Source: Candidatus Omnitrophota bacterium
GTDB taxonomy: Bacteria > Omnitrophota > Omnitrophia > Omnitrophales > Aquincolibacteriaceae
NCBI GenBank assembly: GCA_016930235.1
Contig: JAFGHI010000025.1
Coordinates: 16,437-80,436, forward strand
Length of the DNA: 64,000 nt
Reading direction: 5' to 3'
The notes beneath the pieces were generated by a model that saw only the letters and a program-made list of their open reading frames with translations, had not been told where the DNA came from and ran no database searches. Positions 48,547 through 59,043 of this stretch are shown here, piece after piece (the stretch's first letter is position 1; each line of letters opens with the position of its first letter). Position numbers and translations under genes: made by a program.

Positions 48547-49491
48547 TTACTGTCTTCTCGGCTTGCAGTTGGTAAAAATCTCATATGCCATAAAATTTCC
48601 TCGCCAGTCGTGGTCGTCGTACATTTCAAGCGCAGCATGTGCGAGATCGTAACTTTTTTCGTCTCCATCCTTCAACAAAGGTGGCATGGGTTCCCAAAGA
48701 GAAAAACGCTTATCTTTGACCTCGAAACCGTAAGAAAGCAAATGCTTTTCTATCGTCAAAGGATTGTGCAATATCACCAGGTTTTTGTCCCGCAAGGAAT
48801 GGGCCCTGACAACCGGTTCTTCCGGATGGGTAATGAGTTGACGAAAACGAGAGACGGCTTTCTCCGGATCCACGTACTGCTCAATCGGTTTGAATGTTAG
48901 GACATTTCTTTTAAAAAAATCGACGGTATACCGGTTGAAGGACCAGACATCGAAAAGTTCATTCGTGAAGGTTACAACGAAACGGCCCGAGGGCTTCAAA
49001 ACTCTTCTGACCTTTCGGTAAAACTTCCGTTCCTCTTCCCGGTTCAAATAACGAACCAAGCCGGCCGCGGTTACAAAATCCAGGGAATTGGATCTGAATC
49101 GATCGAGAAAAGACAGATCAGCGCAAACTGCGCGCTCGGCGTTCAAATCAGATTTTTTAAGAAAGTCTTTTGCTTGTCTGATCATGTTGTCACTGTAATC
49201 AAAACCATAAGCATCATGGCCAAGTTGCAAAAGCCGTACAAGCAAATAGCCCGTTCCACATCCGACATCAACAATTCGATATTTCCTATGGTTCGAAATC
49301 GCTTCCAAAAACATTCGAAACCGGTGCATGGACTGGCGGTCTTCTTTGCGCTGGATATCCTCAAGCTGTTCCCCTTTGTAAAAATCCGCATACCATTTTG
49401 CCCAGTTATCGAACATTTTGATTTTTTGTCTCTTTTTAGCCTGACAAACGGATTTTACCTTTTTTCTATTCACTTTCGTTAATGCGCTCAT
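48547..49491 (-). CDS. Class I SAM-dependent methyltransferase
   Basis: IVDVGCGTG, GFDYS..M, RVLKPSG. Confidence 0.85.
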   Translation of the reverse strand: MSALTKVNRKKVKSVCQAKKRQKIKMFDNWAKWYADFYKGEQLEDIQRKEDRQSMHRFRMFLEAISNHRKYRIVDVGCGTGYLLVRLLQLGHDAYGFDYSDNMIRQAKDFLKKSDLNAERAVCADLSFLDRFRSNSLDFVTAAGLVRYLNREEERKFYRKVRRVLKPSGRFVVTFTNELFDVWSFNRYTVDFFKRNVLTFKPIEQYVDPEKAVSRFRQLITHPEEPVVRAHSLRDKNLVILHNPLTIEKHLLSYGFEVKDKRFSLWEPMPPLLKDGDEKSYDLAHAALEMYDDHDWRGNFMAYEIFTNCKPRRQ

Positions 49492-49495
49492 TAAA

Positions 49496-50233
49496 TCATC
49501 CTTTCAGATTGGTTGTATCAAATGTTGTTTTATCTGCGATATAATTTCCTGTTTTAACATAATGGGAAGCGGCTTCCCATCCGATATTAGCAATAACATC
49601 CAGAACCGACAAAAAACCGACGAATTTTTGAACATTTTTTTGAGGATATTCCCCCGGAATATAATTTTGAAATTGCAGACGGATGCATGAATGTTGAAAC
49701 GCCCCATCGTCCATGAGGTAATCACGAGAACCCAAAGGGCTCAAATATTCGTCACACGAGAAATGTCGGCAAATCGCAAGAAGCCTCTCCGAACGGGATC
49801 CCCCGATATCTAGCGCGCTTGATCTTGTAAATGTTTTCGCTAAACCAAGGCGTTCCGCAAGAGCCACAATGATCCTTATGTTCAAATCCGCCAACCGATT
49901 CGTCGAAGCATCCGCAATGATCTCAGTCACAAACGAAAATTCCTGGCCGTACGGGTGCTTGGAAAATTCTTGCGTAATGAGTCGGCAATGTTTTTCTCTC
50001 CAGCGCTGATGATCATCCAACCCTATCGTCATAATCAAGTCATTGAGGCCGGAGCGGACCGCTGGCACGGTTAGCCACTGCGGTTTCCCTTTCACAAGCA
50101 CTCGGTTGCGGTTCTGCCATGATGTTTTTTTATACTGCACGTCATCGAGGAAAACGAACGTATCCGACGATGCAATCAAATTAAAATAGCCTGCCCAAGG
50201 CAGATAAGTCGGCTGCATAATGACGCATCGCAT
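49496..50233 (-). CDS. WbqC-family protein
   Basis: IMQPTYLPWAGYF, FVFLDDVQY....WQNRNR, WLTVP, YLSP.GS..Y, LSVLD. Confidence 0.92.
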   Translation of the reverse strand: MRCVIMQPTYLPWAGYFNLIASSDTFVFLDDVQYKKTSWQNRNRVLVKGKPQWLTVPAVRSGLNDLIMTIGLDDHQRWREKHCRLITQEFSKHPYGQEFSFVTEIIADASTNRLADLNIRIIVALAERLGLAKTFTRSSALDIGGSRSERLLAICRHFSCDEYLSPLGSRDYLMDDGAFQHSCIRLQFQNYIPGEYPQKNVQKFVGFLSVLDVIANIGWEAASHYVKTGNYIADKTTFDTTNLKG

Positions 50234-50235
50234 AT

Positions 50236-51285
50236 TCAGTTACCTAAATGGTTGAGCAAATAATCCACAACCCGTTCAGTCCCCCTTCCGTCGACAGCCT
50301 GAAAACTCAAATCCCGCATCCGGCTTAATTGTCCGGTCTCCATCACAAATTTCCTGAACTGATTCAAAAACTCATTTTCGGTTATGGTTTCCGCGCTGCC
50401 GAAATATTCACAAAATCCGCTTTCTTTTAACCGCTTGAGGATAGGGATCTGATTTTGCGAAATCGACAGATAGGCACCGACGAGCCCCATGCACGCACGT
50501 TCCCATGTTGTCGTCCCCGGTGCGCCCACGGCCATGTTGCAAGGCAACATCGTCGATGCCATATTCTGCACGTCCTGCTGAAACCGGAATCGCGTTTCGT
50601 AAGACCTCTGCAAGCTCATGAGATCTTTCGGATAACGATAAGCTTTGCTCACTACAGCCGTTATCTCGATATCACTCAAAGATTCAAGAAGAAGCTTCGA
50701 AAAGCGGACCGTATGATTTCGTGTATCCATACCTCCAAAGAAAAGATGAATGTGGCGTCTATCCCACGTACGAGCGTTCGATCGAATGCATGCTCGTTCC
50801 TTCCGGAATTCGCTTTTCAACAAAACATATTTCGAACCAAAAAGCCCATGGCAATGTCCAGAGATCAAACCGCAGTATCTCGTACCATCTTCTCCGAACG
50901 TTGAATCAATTATGAGATCCCCTTCATGACGCCGGTTTGCGAGATCATCAATGATAATGATCTTACCGACACAATCCTTCACACGGTTTTCGCCCCGATG
51001 ATCCCATCCATAGTGATCAACAATGAGCCATTGCGCATCGCACCCTTCGCTCTCCAGTAACCGTCTGGTTTCTTCTGCATCCGCCGCCCAATTCGAAGCC
51101 GATATCAAATAAAATCGAAAGCCATGTTTCTGGAGCATTTGACTAGTATACCCTTCAGAATCATTGGTAATAAAAAAAACTTCGGCTCCGATATCTCTTA
51201 CAGCCTCTGCTAAAACCGTACAACGGATCAAATGCCCTGTCCCTATACGATTGGATGCATCGACTCTGAATGCAACCTTCAACAT
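50236..51285 (-). CDS. pseG: UDP-2,4-diacetamido-2,4,6-trideoxy-beta-L-altropyranose hydrolase
   Basis: FRVDAS..IGTGH..RC, LIVDHY, IDDLANR.H, FGGMD, G.TTWER. Confidence 0.88.
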   Translation of the reverse strand: MLKVAFRVDASNRIGTGHLIRCTVLAEAVRDIGAEVFFITNDSEGYTSQMLQKHGFRFYLISASNWAADAEETRRLLESEGCDAQWLIVDHYGWDHRGENRVKDCVGKIIIIDDLANRRHEGDLIIDSTFGEDGTRYCGLISGHCHGLFGSKYVLLKSEFRKERACIRSNARTWDRRHIHLFFGGMDTRNHTVRFSKLLLESLSDIEITAVVSKAYRYPKDLMSLQRSYETRFRFQQDVQNMASTMLPCNMAVGAPGTTTWERACMGLVGAYLSISQNQIPILKRLKESGFCEYFGSAETITENEFLNQFRKFVMETGQLSRMRDLSFQAVDGRGTERVVDYLLNHLGN

Positions 51286-52040
51286 AATGTCTCTTTGGCG
51301 CGGGACTTTGCATACCCCTCATTCCGTCCAACATGTTCGTTGATTTTCGTCATCTCAGGATGCCTCTTCAGCCAGTTGAGCACATCCTGCCAATCAAATT
51401 CCGGATTTCTGAAGTATAACGCTTCGTAAATTTTCGTGATCAACTCAAAATCCTCAGATTCGTCAACGGTCCAGCGCAAGCGTGAATAATCAATCGGCGA
51501 TTTAAAATTGCCAATTCGAAATTTCTCTTTATGATGATAAATAAAGGCCGTAACATGCTCGCGTTCTGATTTCAAGGCGGCTTCCTTCCACATACGTTTA
51601 AGACATGAATAGGTTAAAACTTCCGCATCAAGCCCGTCGGGATAGGTTGGCTCAAAAGCATTGCTTGTATAATCGTAGCCTCCACGCAAATGAAACTCGA
51701 TAATCTGATCAATCAGACCGGGATCCGCCAGAGGACAATCGCCTGTCAGACGCACGATCTGCCGCGCCTGGGTTTTCTGTGCCGCCTGATAAAACCGGTC
51801 CAGAACATCATCCAGAGATCCCCGGAAGCAATCGATGCTTTCTTTTTGACAAATTTTTTCGATTGGATCATCATCCTGGAGCTCGCTCGTCGCGACGATC
51901 AACTTGTCTATCCGGCGCGACCTTTTCAAGCGTTCAATTTGGCGAAGCAGCATGGGAACACCCAGCAAAGGTTTCAGAACTTTCTCGGAAAGCCTGCTGG
52001 ATGATGTTCTAGCCTGAAGAATACCGAGAATCATGAACAT
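51279..52040 (-). CDS. SpsF-like cytidylyltransferase (probable CMP-nonulosonate synthetase)
   Basis: ILQARTSSSRL..KVL, FRGS..DVL.RF, RLTGDCPL.DP, PDG.D.E, REHVT, RWTVD..ED. Confidence 0.87.
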   Translation of the reverse strand: MFMILGILQARTSSSRLSEKVLKPLLGVPMLLRQIERLKRSRRIDKLIVATSELQDDDPIEKICQKESIDCFRGSLDDVLDRFYQAAQKTQARQIVRLTGDCPLADPGLIDQIIEFHLRGGYDYTSNAFEPTYPDGLDAEVLTYSCLKRMWKEAALKSEREHVTAFIYHHKEKFRIGNFKSPIDYSRLRWTVDESEDFELITKIYEALYFRNPEFDWQDVLNWLKRHPEMTKINEHVGRNEGYAKSRAKETLC

Positions 52041-52079
52041 TTTCAGCTCCCCATTGAGGCACCTTCCGAAAAAACAATA

Positions 52080-53147
52080 TCAAATGTCATAGTCGGTGCA
52101 ATGTCTGCAGATCTCAATTTCTGCCATACGCCCTTGTTCATTGAGTTCGAGCAGCTTTCGTCTTTCATCGGAATTCCAGATATCGTATAGAGTCCGTTTC
52201 TGAATATTTCCCAGGCAGATCTCTCCATTATAAGCCGCATCACATGGGACAACTGAACCATCGGAACAAATGAAGCAGTCATTTCGGGAAATGCGGATAC
52301 AGTTCTTCAATTCCTTGCGCAAACGCTGTTTAGCCCCGAAAGCATTACTCGTAAAATGAACATACTCAAGCATATTGACTGAAACGATCTCGGCTTTGTC
52401 AAAATGCGCCTGAATAAAGCCATCGACTTCATATTGCGTCGCCTCCTGCTCAATCATTTGACAATGGAGAAAGGGTTTGCTGAGGATCCCGTTTTTGCCT
52501 TTCATTTTGTAAAACAGCTTCAGATTATCCTGGACAGTCTTGAAATCTCCTCTCGGAACCACCTTTTTATAGGTTTCTTCGGTAATAGCATGGGCTGAAA
52601 AATTGACGTAATCGATACACGAGCCGAGAACATATCGGATCGCTTCGGCATCGAATTTATGGCCATTCGTGCTCATCCAAATGTAGCCCAGATTCCTTTT
52701 CGTTGAAATATAGTCAACTAATTCTCTGAAATCCGGATGCAAAAGAGATTCTCCGAGGTGATATGTCGCGAGATATTCGATTCCGTATTGATCGATTTCA
52801 TCAAGAACTTTTTTGTAGAGCGCCTTATCGATATCCATACTCGCCCTTTTGAGTTCCTGGCGGGGGCACATATGGCAAAGCACATTGCAATGGCTCGTCA
52901 TTTCGAAAAGAATCCTTCGGGGAAATGTTAATCGATCTTTAAAATTCCGTTCCGGCAAAATCCGGCGGATCGGAACAACTCGAATTCCCTTTTTAGATAA
53001 TTCTTCGACATAACGAAGGTTAGCCTCTTCCTGGACCATCTGAAGTTCCTGGGTCAAATGGACCGGTTTCATTTTAAGCAATTCTTGAAAAGGCGGGATC
53101 TTCCCCTCATTGATTTTTGTATATCTTCCCAAGTCGGTAAATTCCAC
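52080..53147 (-). CDS. Radical SAM/SPASM(twitch) domain protein
   Basis: CNVLCHMC (CxxxCxxC), GESLLHP, G.VVPC, LGN....L.DIWN, C..C. Confidence 0.88.
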   Translation of the reverse strand: MEFTDLGRYTKINEGKIPPFQELLKMKPVHLTQELQMVQEEANLRYVEELSKKGIRVVPIRRILPERNFKDRLTFPRRILFEMTSHCNVLCHMCPRQELKRASMDIDKALYKKVLDEIDQYGIEYLATYHLGESLLHPDFRELVDYISTKRNLGYIWMSTNGHKFDAEAIRYVLGSCIDYVNFSAHAITEETYKKVVPRGDFKTVQDNLKLFYKMKGKNGILSKPFLHCQMIEQEATQYEVDGFIQAHFDKAEIVSVNMLEYVHFTSNAFGAKQRLRKELKNCIRISRNDCFICSDGSVVPCDAAYNGEICLGNIQKRTLYDIWNSDERRKLLELNEQGRMAEIEICRHCTDYDI

Positions 53148-53181
53148 AAATTCCCTCCTAACTAATTTTTTAACTAGTTTT

Positions 53182-55014
53182 TCATAGATGAGACTGTTTC
53201 AAATGAAAAGCAATCACATCTTCCGGAGCCGCCTGCTGTCCCCTATTCAAGCAATCCCGGTAGGCTCCTTCACGATCCCCGATTGCTAACGTTTCAACGT
53301 CTTCGCACAACCGTTTAATCCAATTTGCAAGTGAACGCTTATCCTCCGCATAATGAAGCACCTGATATTTCCGATATTCGACAAGTAATGGGCTCCATTC
53401 GTCATGAAGCCAGATAACGGGTGTTCCCATCGCGAAGCCTTCGACGGCAAGGGTCGAACCATAGACGATCAGGAAATCGGCAGCCTTGGCTAATAGGAGT
53501 GGGTCATAATCCTCTACAATGATCAGCCGCTTTTCCAATTGGTGATCACTGATCCATTTCTCGCTGTAATTTCTGACCTCACAGTCCGATTTCCTTTTGA
53601 TCTTGATTAGAAATTGAACATCGGGAATTGAAGAAACCACTTGCAGCACTTCATAAAAGAATTCTTTCCATTTTTGTTCAAAAAACCTTAAACGGGAATA
53701 TTTGATCGGAGGAAATGCGATCACCGCCAATTTATTTCTACAATCGAGTTTCATATCCCGAACAACACGCTCCCGGATTTCTCTCTTATTCATATGAAGA
53801 TAAGCCGTATACCGGGTACAGCCGGACACTATAATTTTTTCTTCAGGAACTCCCCACGCTGCAAGTTTTACCTTTTGTGCAGTGCCCCAGACAAATATAA
53901 TATCGGCTGTTACTGGCGCGAATCCGCTCTTTTCTCCAAGAGCTCCGTGGCATTCCACAAAGGATCGGACACCGCAAAGACGGGCGATCTGGCACGCCGC
54001 ATTCTTGGTCGGGGCAACGTCCTCGTCCAGCAAGATTGAACGAATCGCCTTTTGACCGTTGAATAGTCGAAACAAGGCATCGATATCATAAAGGAGTTTC
54101 GGCAGCATCGGCCGGAATAACGATTCCAATCCAAGGCCTAAAAGCTTTCCTGCATCGAATCCATCAAAACCACTATTGGTAAATGGATTTTGGGTTTTCA
54201 GTCTTTCGATAAATTCCGAGGCTAAAGCCTTATATTTATGATCAGCTGAATGCTGGTAATTGTATTGATAAAATCCAAATCCTTTCAAGCGCGATTGAAG
54301 AAAAAGCCTAGGTGCTTTCACGTCGGTATAAAAAGCAACATTTCTCCAATTGAGTTTTTCAGAAACTCTGCGGACTTTCGAGAAATCTGAAAAGAGCAGG
54401 TATTCCAAAGAGCCCTGCGTCTTTGGACCGATTCTGGAAGGCCAAAAGCCTAGACCTCTTGACCAAGACATTCCATTGCCCGTCCGGTATCGATTTGTTT
54501 GGGAGGATTGGATATCGATCATCCTGGTCACCGACTTCAGCGAACTATTTTCATAAATCAACCGCGTCGGAACATTCACCTCGCTATCTTCGATGCAAAA
54601 ATCGGCGGGACCATATTTTTCCGCTATTTTCGATAATACAGCATAGCGGATTGCGAAATCGTTGGCGTAATTGAAAAGCTTTTTCTTAAAACACCAAAGG
54701 AGATCAACGCCCCGGTAAGAAAAGAATTCGCGAAATGCATTATTTTCAATCTGTTCGAGAAAAGCCTCATAAACTCGATAATAAATCTCCTGATACTGGG
54801 CCAGATCCAAATAATCACTCGGAAAAGAATCTGCGTTGTTCGGAAAAAACGAAAAAACATGATCGAAATTTTCCTTTATCTTCGGAATCCGATGCTCGAC
54901 GATCAAGATTCGATTTCGCCTATCCGTTTTCTCATTGAATGATGATTGAACCAACTCTTTCGAGCTCATCTTGTCCTCAACCTTGCTCTCCTTTAAAATT
55001 CGTTGCGAAAACAA
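53182..55014 (-). CDS. Hypothetical protein with a GT-B-like C-terminus (possible nonulosonate transferase)
   Basis: LDED, HG, FVWG......L...G....I.VSG..RY, STLAVEG...G.PV pattern; cluster context. Confidence 0.5.
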   Translation of the reverse strand: MFSQRILKESKVEDKMSSKELVQSSFNEKTDRRNRILIVEHRIPKIKENFDHVFSFFPNNADSFPSDYLDLAQYQEIYYRVYEAFLEQIENNAFREFFSYRGVDLLWCFKKKLFNYANDFAIRYAVLSKIAEKYGPADFCIEDSEVNVPTRLIYENSSLKSVTRMIDIQSSQTNRYRTGNGMSWSRGLGFWPSRIGPKTQGSLEYLLFSDFSKVRRVSEKLNWRNVAFYTDVKAPRLFLQSRLKGFGFYQYNYQHSADHKYKALASEFIERLKTQNPFTNSGFDGFDAGKLLGLGLESLFRPMLPKLLYDIDALFRLFNGQKAIRSILLDEDVAPTKNAACQIARLCGVRSFVECHGALGEKSGFAPVTADIIFVWGTAQKVKLAAWGVPEEKIIVSGCTRYTAYLHMNKREIRERVVRDMKLDCRNKLAVIAFPPIKYSRLRFFEQKWKEFFYEVLQVVSSIPDVQFLIKIKRKSDCEVRNYSEKWISDHQLEKRLIIVEDYDPLLLAKAADFLIVYGSTLAVEGFAMGTPVIWLHDEWSPLLVEYRKYQVLHYAEDKRSLANWIKRLCEDVETLAIGDREGAYRDCLNRGQQAAPEDVIAFHLKQSHL

Positions 55015-55015
55015 T

Positions 55016-55948
55016 CTAAGACAAGGTCCACTTTCTTGGATCCGTCAAGTTGGAATCCTCGATCCGGATATCTTCTAACTCTTTCCGGATAGGGTGAAAT
55101 TCGTGGATTCGTTTGAGAGCGTTGACATTGTCAACAACTTCCGCCCTCGATTTCATTCCGATTAGCGTTGAATGAATTCCATCGCAGGTGACCGCAAAAA
55201 GCAGTGCCATTTCGCTGATGCTGAATCCTCGCTTCAAGGCAAGTCTCTCAAGGGATTTCTTGTAATCCAGCATGCCACCCAACTCGTCCGGCAATTGATC
55301 CATAGCCGCGGGAATCATTCCCTTCAAAAATACCGATCGACTGATCACGCCGATATTCAATTTCCGGAATGCCGGCAAAAATAGATCGAATGAATTATCG
55401 AAAATATTATAAGGAATTTGAATAAAATCAACTTCTTTTCCGGGATTTTTGATAATGCCCTCCACTTCCCGGGGTTCATAAACAGAAACACCGAAAAAAC
55501 GGATCCGCCCCATGTTTTTGGCCCGGTGAATTTCCTCCCAAAAAATATCCGAATCAGCCAGGCTTCCTATTGATTGGTGCAGTTGAAGAATGGGAATACA
55601 ATTCAAATCAAGCGACTCCATCGATTTTTCTATCGACTTCCAGATCCACTTTTTGAGCTTGTCTGGTTCTTGCTCCATCCCCTTTGGAATGACTTCCAGT
55701 TTTGTCGCGACAAGGAAGTCCGCATCTTGATGTCTCCTCTTAAAATTGCCGATTTTATTTTCGCTGTCGCCATAGCCCCGTGCCGTATCAATTAAATTAA
55801 TCCCCTCTGCGAGACTCGCCTCAAGCACAGCATCGGCTTCATCCTGAGATATTCGCTTCGTCAATCCGTAATCCATTCCGAATTGAACTGTTCCAAGGCC
55901 GATTATTGAAATTCGAATATCCGTTAACGGAACATGCTGGTAAATCAT
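55016..55948 (-). CDS. Aldo/keto reductase
   Basis: GLGTVQFG.DYG, IDTA..YG.SE..IG, ATK, GVSVY, QIPYN, RSVFLKG. Confidence 0.9.
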   Translation of the reverse strand: MIYQHVPLTDIRISIIGLGTVQFGMDYGLTKRISQDEADAVLEASLAEGINLIDTARGYGDSENKIGNFKRRHQDADFLVATKLEVIPKGMEQEPDKLKKWIWKSIEKSMESLDLNCIPILQLHQSIGSLADSDIFWEEIHRAKNMGRIRFFGVSVYEPREVEGIIKNPGKEVDFIQIPYNIFDNSFDLFLPAFRKLNIGVISRSVFLKGMIPAAMDQLPDELGGMLDYKKSLERLALKRGFSISEMALLFAVTCDGIHSTLIGMKSRAEVVDNVNALKRIHEFHPIRKELEDIRIEDSNLTDPRKWTLS

Positions 55949-55955
55949 CGATTTA

Positions 55956-57308
55956 TCAATTTAACCTCATGAAACCCGAATGGCAAACGGGTCCTTCAAG
56001 GATTCTTTCAAGCGAACCACTTTTTAAACAGGCAGCGATTTTCCCAAAAACACCGTTCGCCGTTTCCAGATATCGTGTAATAATTTGGGGCGTATGAGCA
56101 TCCGATACAAAGATGACCGTTGAGGCAAGAAATCCCTTTTTCAACATTTCCTGTGTAAAAATGGTCTTAACCAAAAGAGGACTGCTTTCCTGGATGAGAA
56201 TCGTCGGAACACACGTAAGACCGCCAATTTCAATCTTCAAACCATGGCTTGAGAATATTTTTTTTAAGCCCGAACGAATTTGTTCTCCCCGCACCTGGAT
56301 ACGGTCCACAACTTGATGATTCTCGAATTGGTCAATTACAGCAAGAGCAGCTGCGAAACCAACTCGCTCGGTCCAATAAGTACTGCTGATAAATGTCCTC
56401 TGAGCTGCTTCCATAATGTCTTTCTTGCCGATCACTGCTGCGATCGGATAACCATTCCCCAGTGCTTTTCCCAGAACCACGATGTCAGGCTGCAAATCAT
56501 ACAAGACATGCATGCCACCTGTTCTTAACCGGAATCCGGATGTGACTTCATCGTAAATGAGAACGGCCCCAATACGTCTGGCAATTTTTTGCACGGCCCG
56601 CAAAAATTCAAGATCAATGTCTTTTGTCCGCTGAACCTCCATCATGATGACTCCAATATCTTCATTTTTTTTTAGGATATCTTCTAAACTCCGGATTTTT
56701 CCATAATAAAATGGAATAGAGGTTCCTTTTAAAGCCTTGGGAACCCCAATCGGTTCCAATCCCGGCAAGAGCTGCTCACGCAGATTTTCAGGATCTTCAA
56801 GATTCGCGGCTAAATACCAATCATTCCAGCCATGGTATCCGCAAAACGCAACTTTATCACGGCCCGAGAAAGCCCTGCCGATCCTGATTGCTAGCGCACA
56901 TGCCTCCCCACCTGTTCTTGCAAATCGAACCGAATCTGCCCACGAATGCAGGTCGATCAACTTTTCCGCAAGAACGACTTCTTCATAACAGTTCAAAGTG
57001 CTCATGTTTCCCAGTTTAATTGCTTGTCTGACTGCTCGGTTCACCGCCTGGTTGGCATATCCCAAAACACAACAACCCACTCCCATCAAACTCATATCAG
57101 TATATTGAACATTGTCGAGATCCCAAACCTGAACGCCCTTGGCTTTTTTGAAATAACTTGGCCAATAATCCGGCAAAAACATCTCAGGACGTTTTGAAAG
57201 TAACTGGTTTCCACCAGGAATAACCTTCTTTGCTCTACGCCATAACTCAATCCCCTGACAACTAGGCATCATACTGCCGGCTCCTTGTTTATTTTTCTTG
57301 CTCATCAA
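55956..57308 (-). CDS. Class III PLP aminotransferase (GSA-aminomutase-like)
   Basis: IPGG, WDLD..Y.D, RFARTGGEA, YHGW, DEVTSGFR, GKALGNGYP. Confidence 0.9.
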   Translation of the reverse strand: MMSKKNKQGAGSMMPSCQGIELWRRAKKVIPGGNQLLSKRPEMFLPDYWPSYFKKAKGVQVWDLDNVQYTDMSLMGVGCCVLGYANQAVNRAVRQAIKLGNMSTLNCYEEVVLAEKLIDLHSWADSVRFARTGGEACALAIRIGRAFSGRDKVAFCGYHGWNDWYLAANLEDPENLREQLLPGLEPIGVPKALKGTSIPFYYGKIRSLEDILKKNEDIGVIMMEVQRTKDIDLEFLRAVQKIARRIGAVLIYDEVTSGFRLRTGGMHVLYDLQPDIVVLGKALGNGYPIAAVIGKKDIMEAAQRTFISSTYWTERVGFAAALAVIDQFENHQVVDRIQVRGEQIRSGLKKIFSSHGLKIEIGGLTCVPTILIQESSPLLVKTIFTQEMLKKGFLASTVIFVSDAHTPQIITRYLETANGVFGKIAACLKSGSLERILEGPVCHSGFMRLN

Positions 57309-57416
57309 TAGCGAAATTCCCGGTTAACTGCTCCCCATACAAAAAAGAGTGAAGCATCGTTTTGTGAAAACTTTTAAGATTTCCAACAACAACTGCACCC
57401 ACCTCATCCATCGAAT

Positions 57417-58958
57417 TCATACCCGAGTCGATAAAGAATAAACAATTGCTCGCGGTGAATCGTCGACTCGTTCGTAATTGTCTTCCAAATACCTTTTCAA
57501 CATCGGCTCTCGATTGAGCTGATGCCGATCCGAAACTGCGAAATATTCAGCACCTTGCGATTTATAAAGTTCCAACTGATTGATTGAATTTGATTCTAAT
57601 TCGTCCTTGAAACGAACTGCGCGCTTCTTGCCAGAGCTGATTTGAAAAGCCCAGCCATCACGTTCGGTATAATACAAAAAAGATGTCGAGCTGCCATGAG
57701 ATGCAATCACCCGGCTAGCCTCTGGGACAATCTCTTTGACTTCCGACGAAGCCTCTAAAACATATCGGTCTTCGGCTGGTATGATTAAAAGCGGTGAAAT
57801 AGAAAACCGTATAGATAAGAGAATATTAAAAAATATAACGCTCGCTCCAATCATTCGCTTAAAGTGGAAACGGCGTAACAGATTAAATATTGATAAGCCG
57901 GCAAGAACAGCCAAAAAAGGAACCAAAGGTAAATAATAATACTCGAACTCAATAAATTTTCTGGGAGCGATCCAAAAACCAAGCGAGAATGCAAAAATGC
58001 TAAACCACAGGAAAGCAATTATATTTCTTCGGCCGCGCTGCATCATGAATACTGAAATAATCACAAAAACTATGCCGACTGGGGTTAAAAGCTTGTTCAT
58101 CATAATGTAAAAAACCGGCTTATAATAATCAATCCCATAAGCCATCTTGCTTCGGGTGGGATCATCGAGAACAAAGACACGTAAATTATCCAATAGACTG
58201 CTTTCAACATCGAGCGCCATTCCCTTATAGTACGCATATACATGCCATGCTATCGGAAGTGAAGATGAAATGAATATCAAAAGAAGACTATCCCTTATTT
58301 TGGAAATTCTCGGAGGACATCGTAAGAGCATCAGGAGAAGCGGCGGCATTAATAAAAGTGCGTAATAAATTCTCAAACTGATCATCACAGCAAAAAACAG
58401 TCCGCTGAAAATAAAATATCTTTTGGATGAATCCCAATATCCTTTTAAAAATAAACTATAGGCAAACAGGCCCGCTGTCAAAGCTGGGATTTCCAAAAGA
58501 AACGCTTGACCATAGATAACGGTTAGCGGAGAAAAAACATAAAAAAAAATGACCCATCCGACAACTTCTTTGTCTGGAAATATTCTTCGGAGAATGAAAT
58601 AGAAAGGAATCAGTGACAAAAAAAATAAAAAGGCTGAAAACCCGCGGCCCGATACTTCAATACCCAAACCGGTAATCTTACAAATTATTGCCACGATTGT
58701 CATGGTAAAGGGAATATCACCCAAGAATAAACGGGGCCGGCCATGCGCTAAAAAACGCATAGCGGGATGAAGGGGATCAATTCCTGTTTTTAACCATTTT
58801 TGAACAACCGTTGCATAATCCGTCTGATGTTGAGCAAAATTTCCAAGGAAAGGCTGTCCAATGCCGATTAAGTGAAGAGTTGTACCCAATAAAAGGACAA
58901 CTAAGATTAGAACAACGTTTGGTCGTAGAATATTTATTCCTTTTCGAGATTTAATCAT
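57417..58958 (-). CDS. ArnT/PMT-family (GT-C) membrane glycosyltransferase
   Basis: Polytopic; QTD in the first loop, GR..S, SPL...YG.AF..E, YYYLPLVP. Confidence 0.7.
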   Translation of the reverse strand: MIKSRKGINILRPNVVLILVVLLLGTTLHLIGIGQPFLGNFAQHQTDYATVVQKWLKTGIDPLHPAMRFLAHGRPRLFLGDIPFTMTIVAIICKITGLGIEVSGRGFSAFLFFLSLIPFYFILRRIFPDKEVVGWVIFFYVFSPLTVIYGQAFLLEIPALTAGLFAYSLFLKGYWDSSKRYFIFSGLFFAVMISLRIYYALLLMPPLLLMLLRCPPRISKIRDSLLLIFISSSLPIAWHVYAYYKGMALDVESSLLDNLRVFVLDDPTRSKMAYGIDYYKPVFYIMMNKLLTPVGIVFVIISVFMMQRGRRNIIAFLWFSIFAFSLGFWIAPRKFIEFEYYYLPLVPFLAVLAGLSIFNLLRRFHFKRMIGASVIFFNILLSIRFSISPLLIIPAEDRYVLEASSEVKEIVPEASRVIASHGSSTSFLYYTERDGWAFQISSGKKRAVRFKDELESNSINQLELYKSQGAEYFAVSDRHQLNREPMLKRYLEDNYERVDDSPRAIVYSLSTRV

Positions 58959-59043
58959 GAAAGTCGTTGTGCCAACATTTCAATTGCATATTGATTTTCA
59001 TTTTCTACAATCTAAATAACTTTTCGAATTCGCATAAGCCCAA

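Noticed and set aside
55956-57308. hemL (tetrapyrrole GSA aminomutase)
   Set aside because: Same fold, but embedded in a sugar cluster and divergent, so no symbol was assigned.
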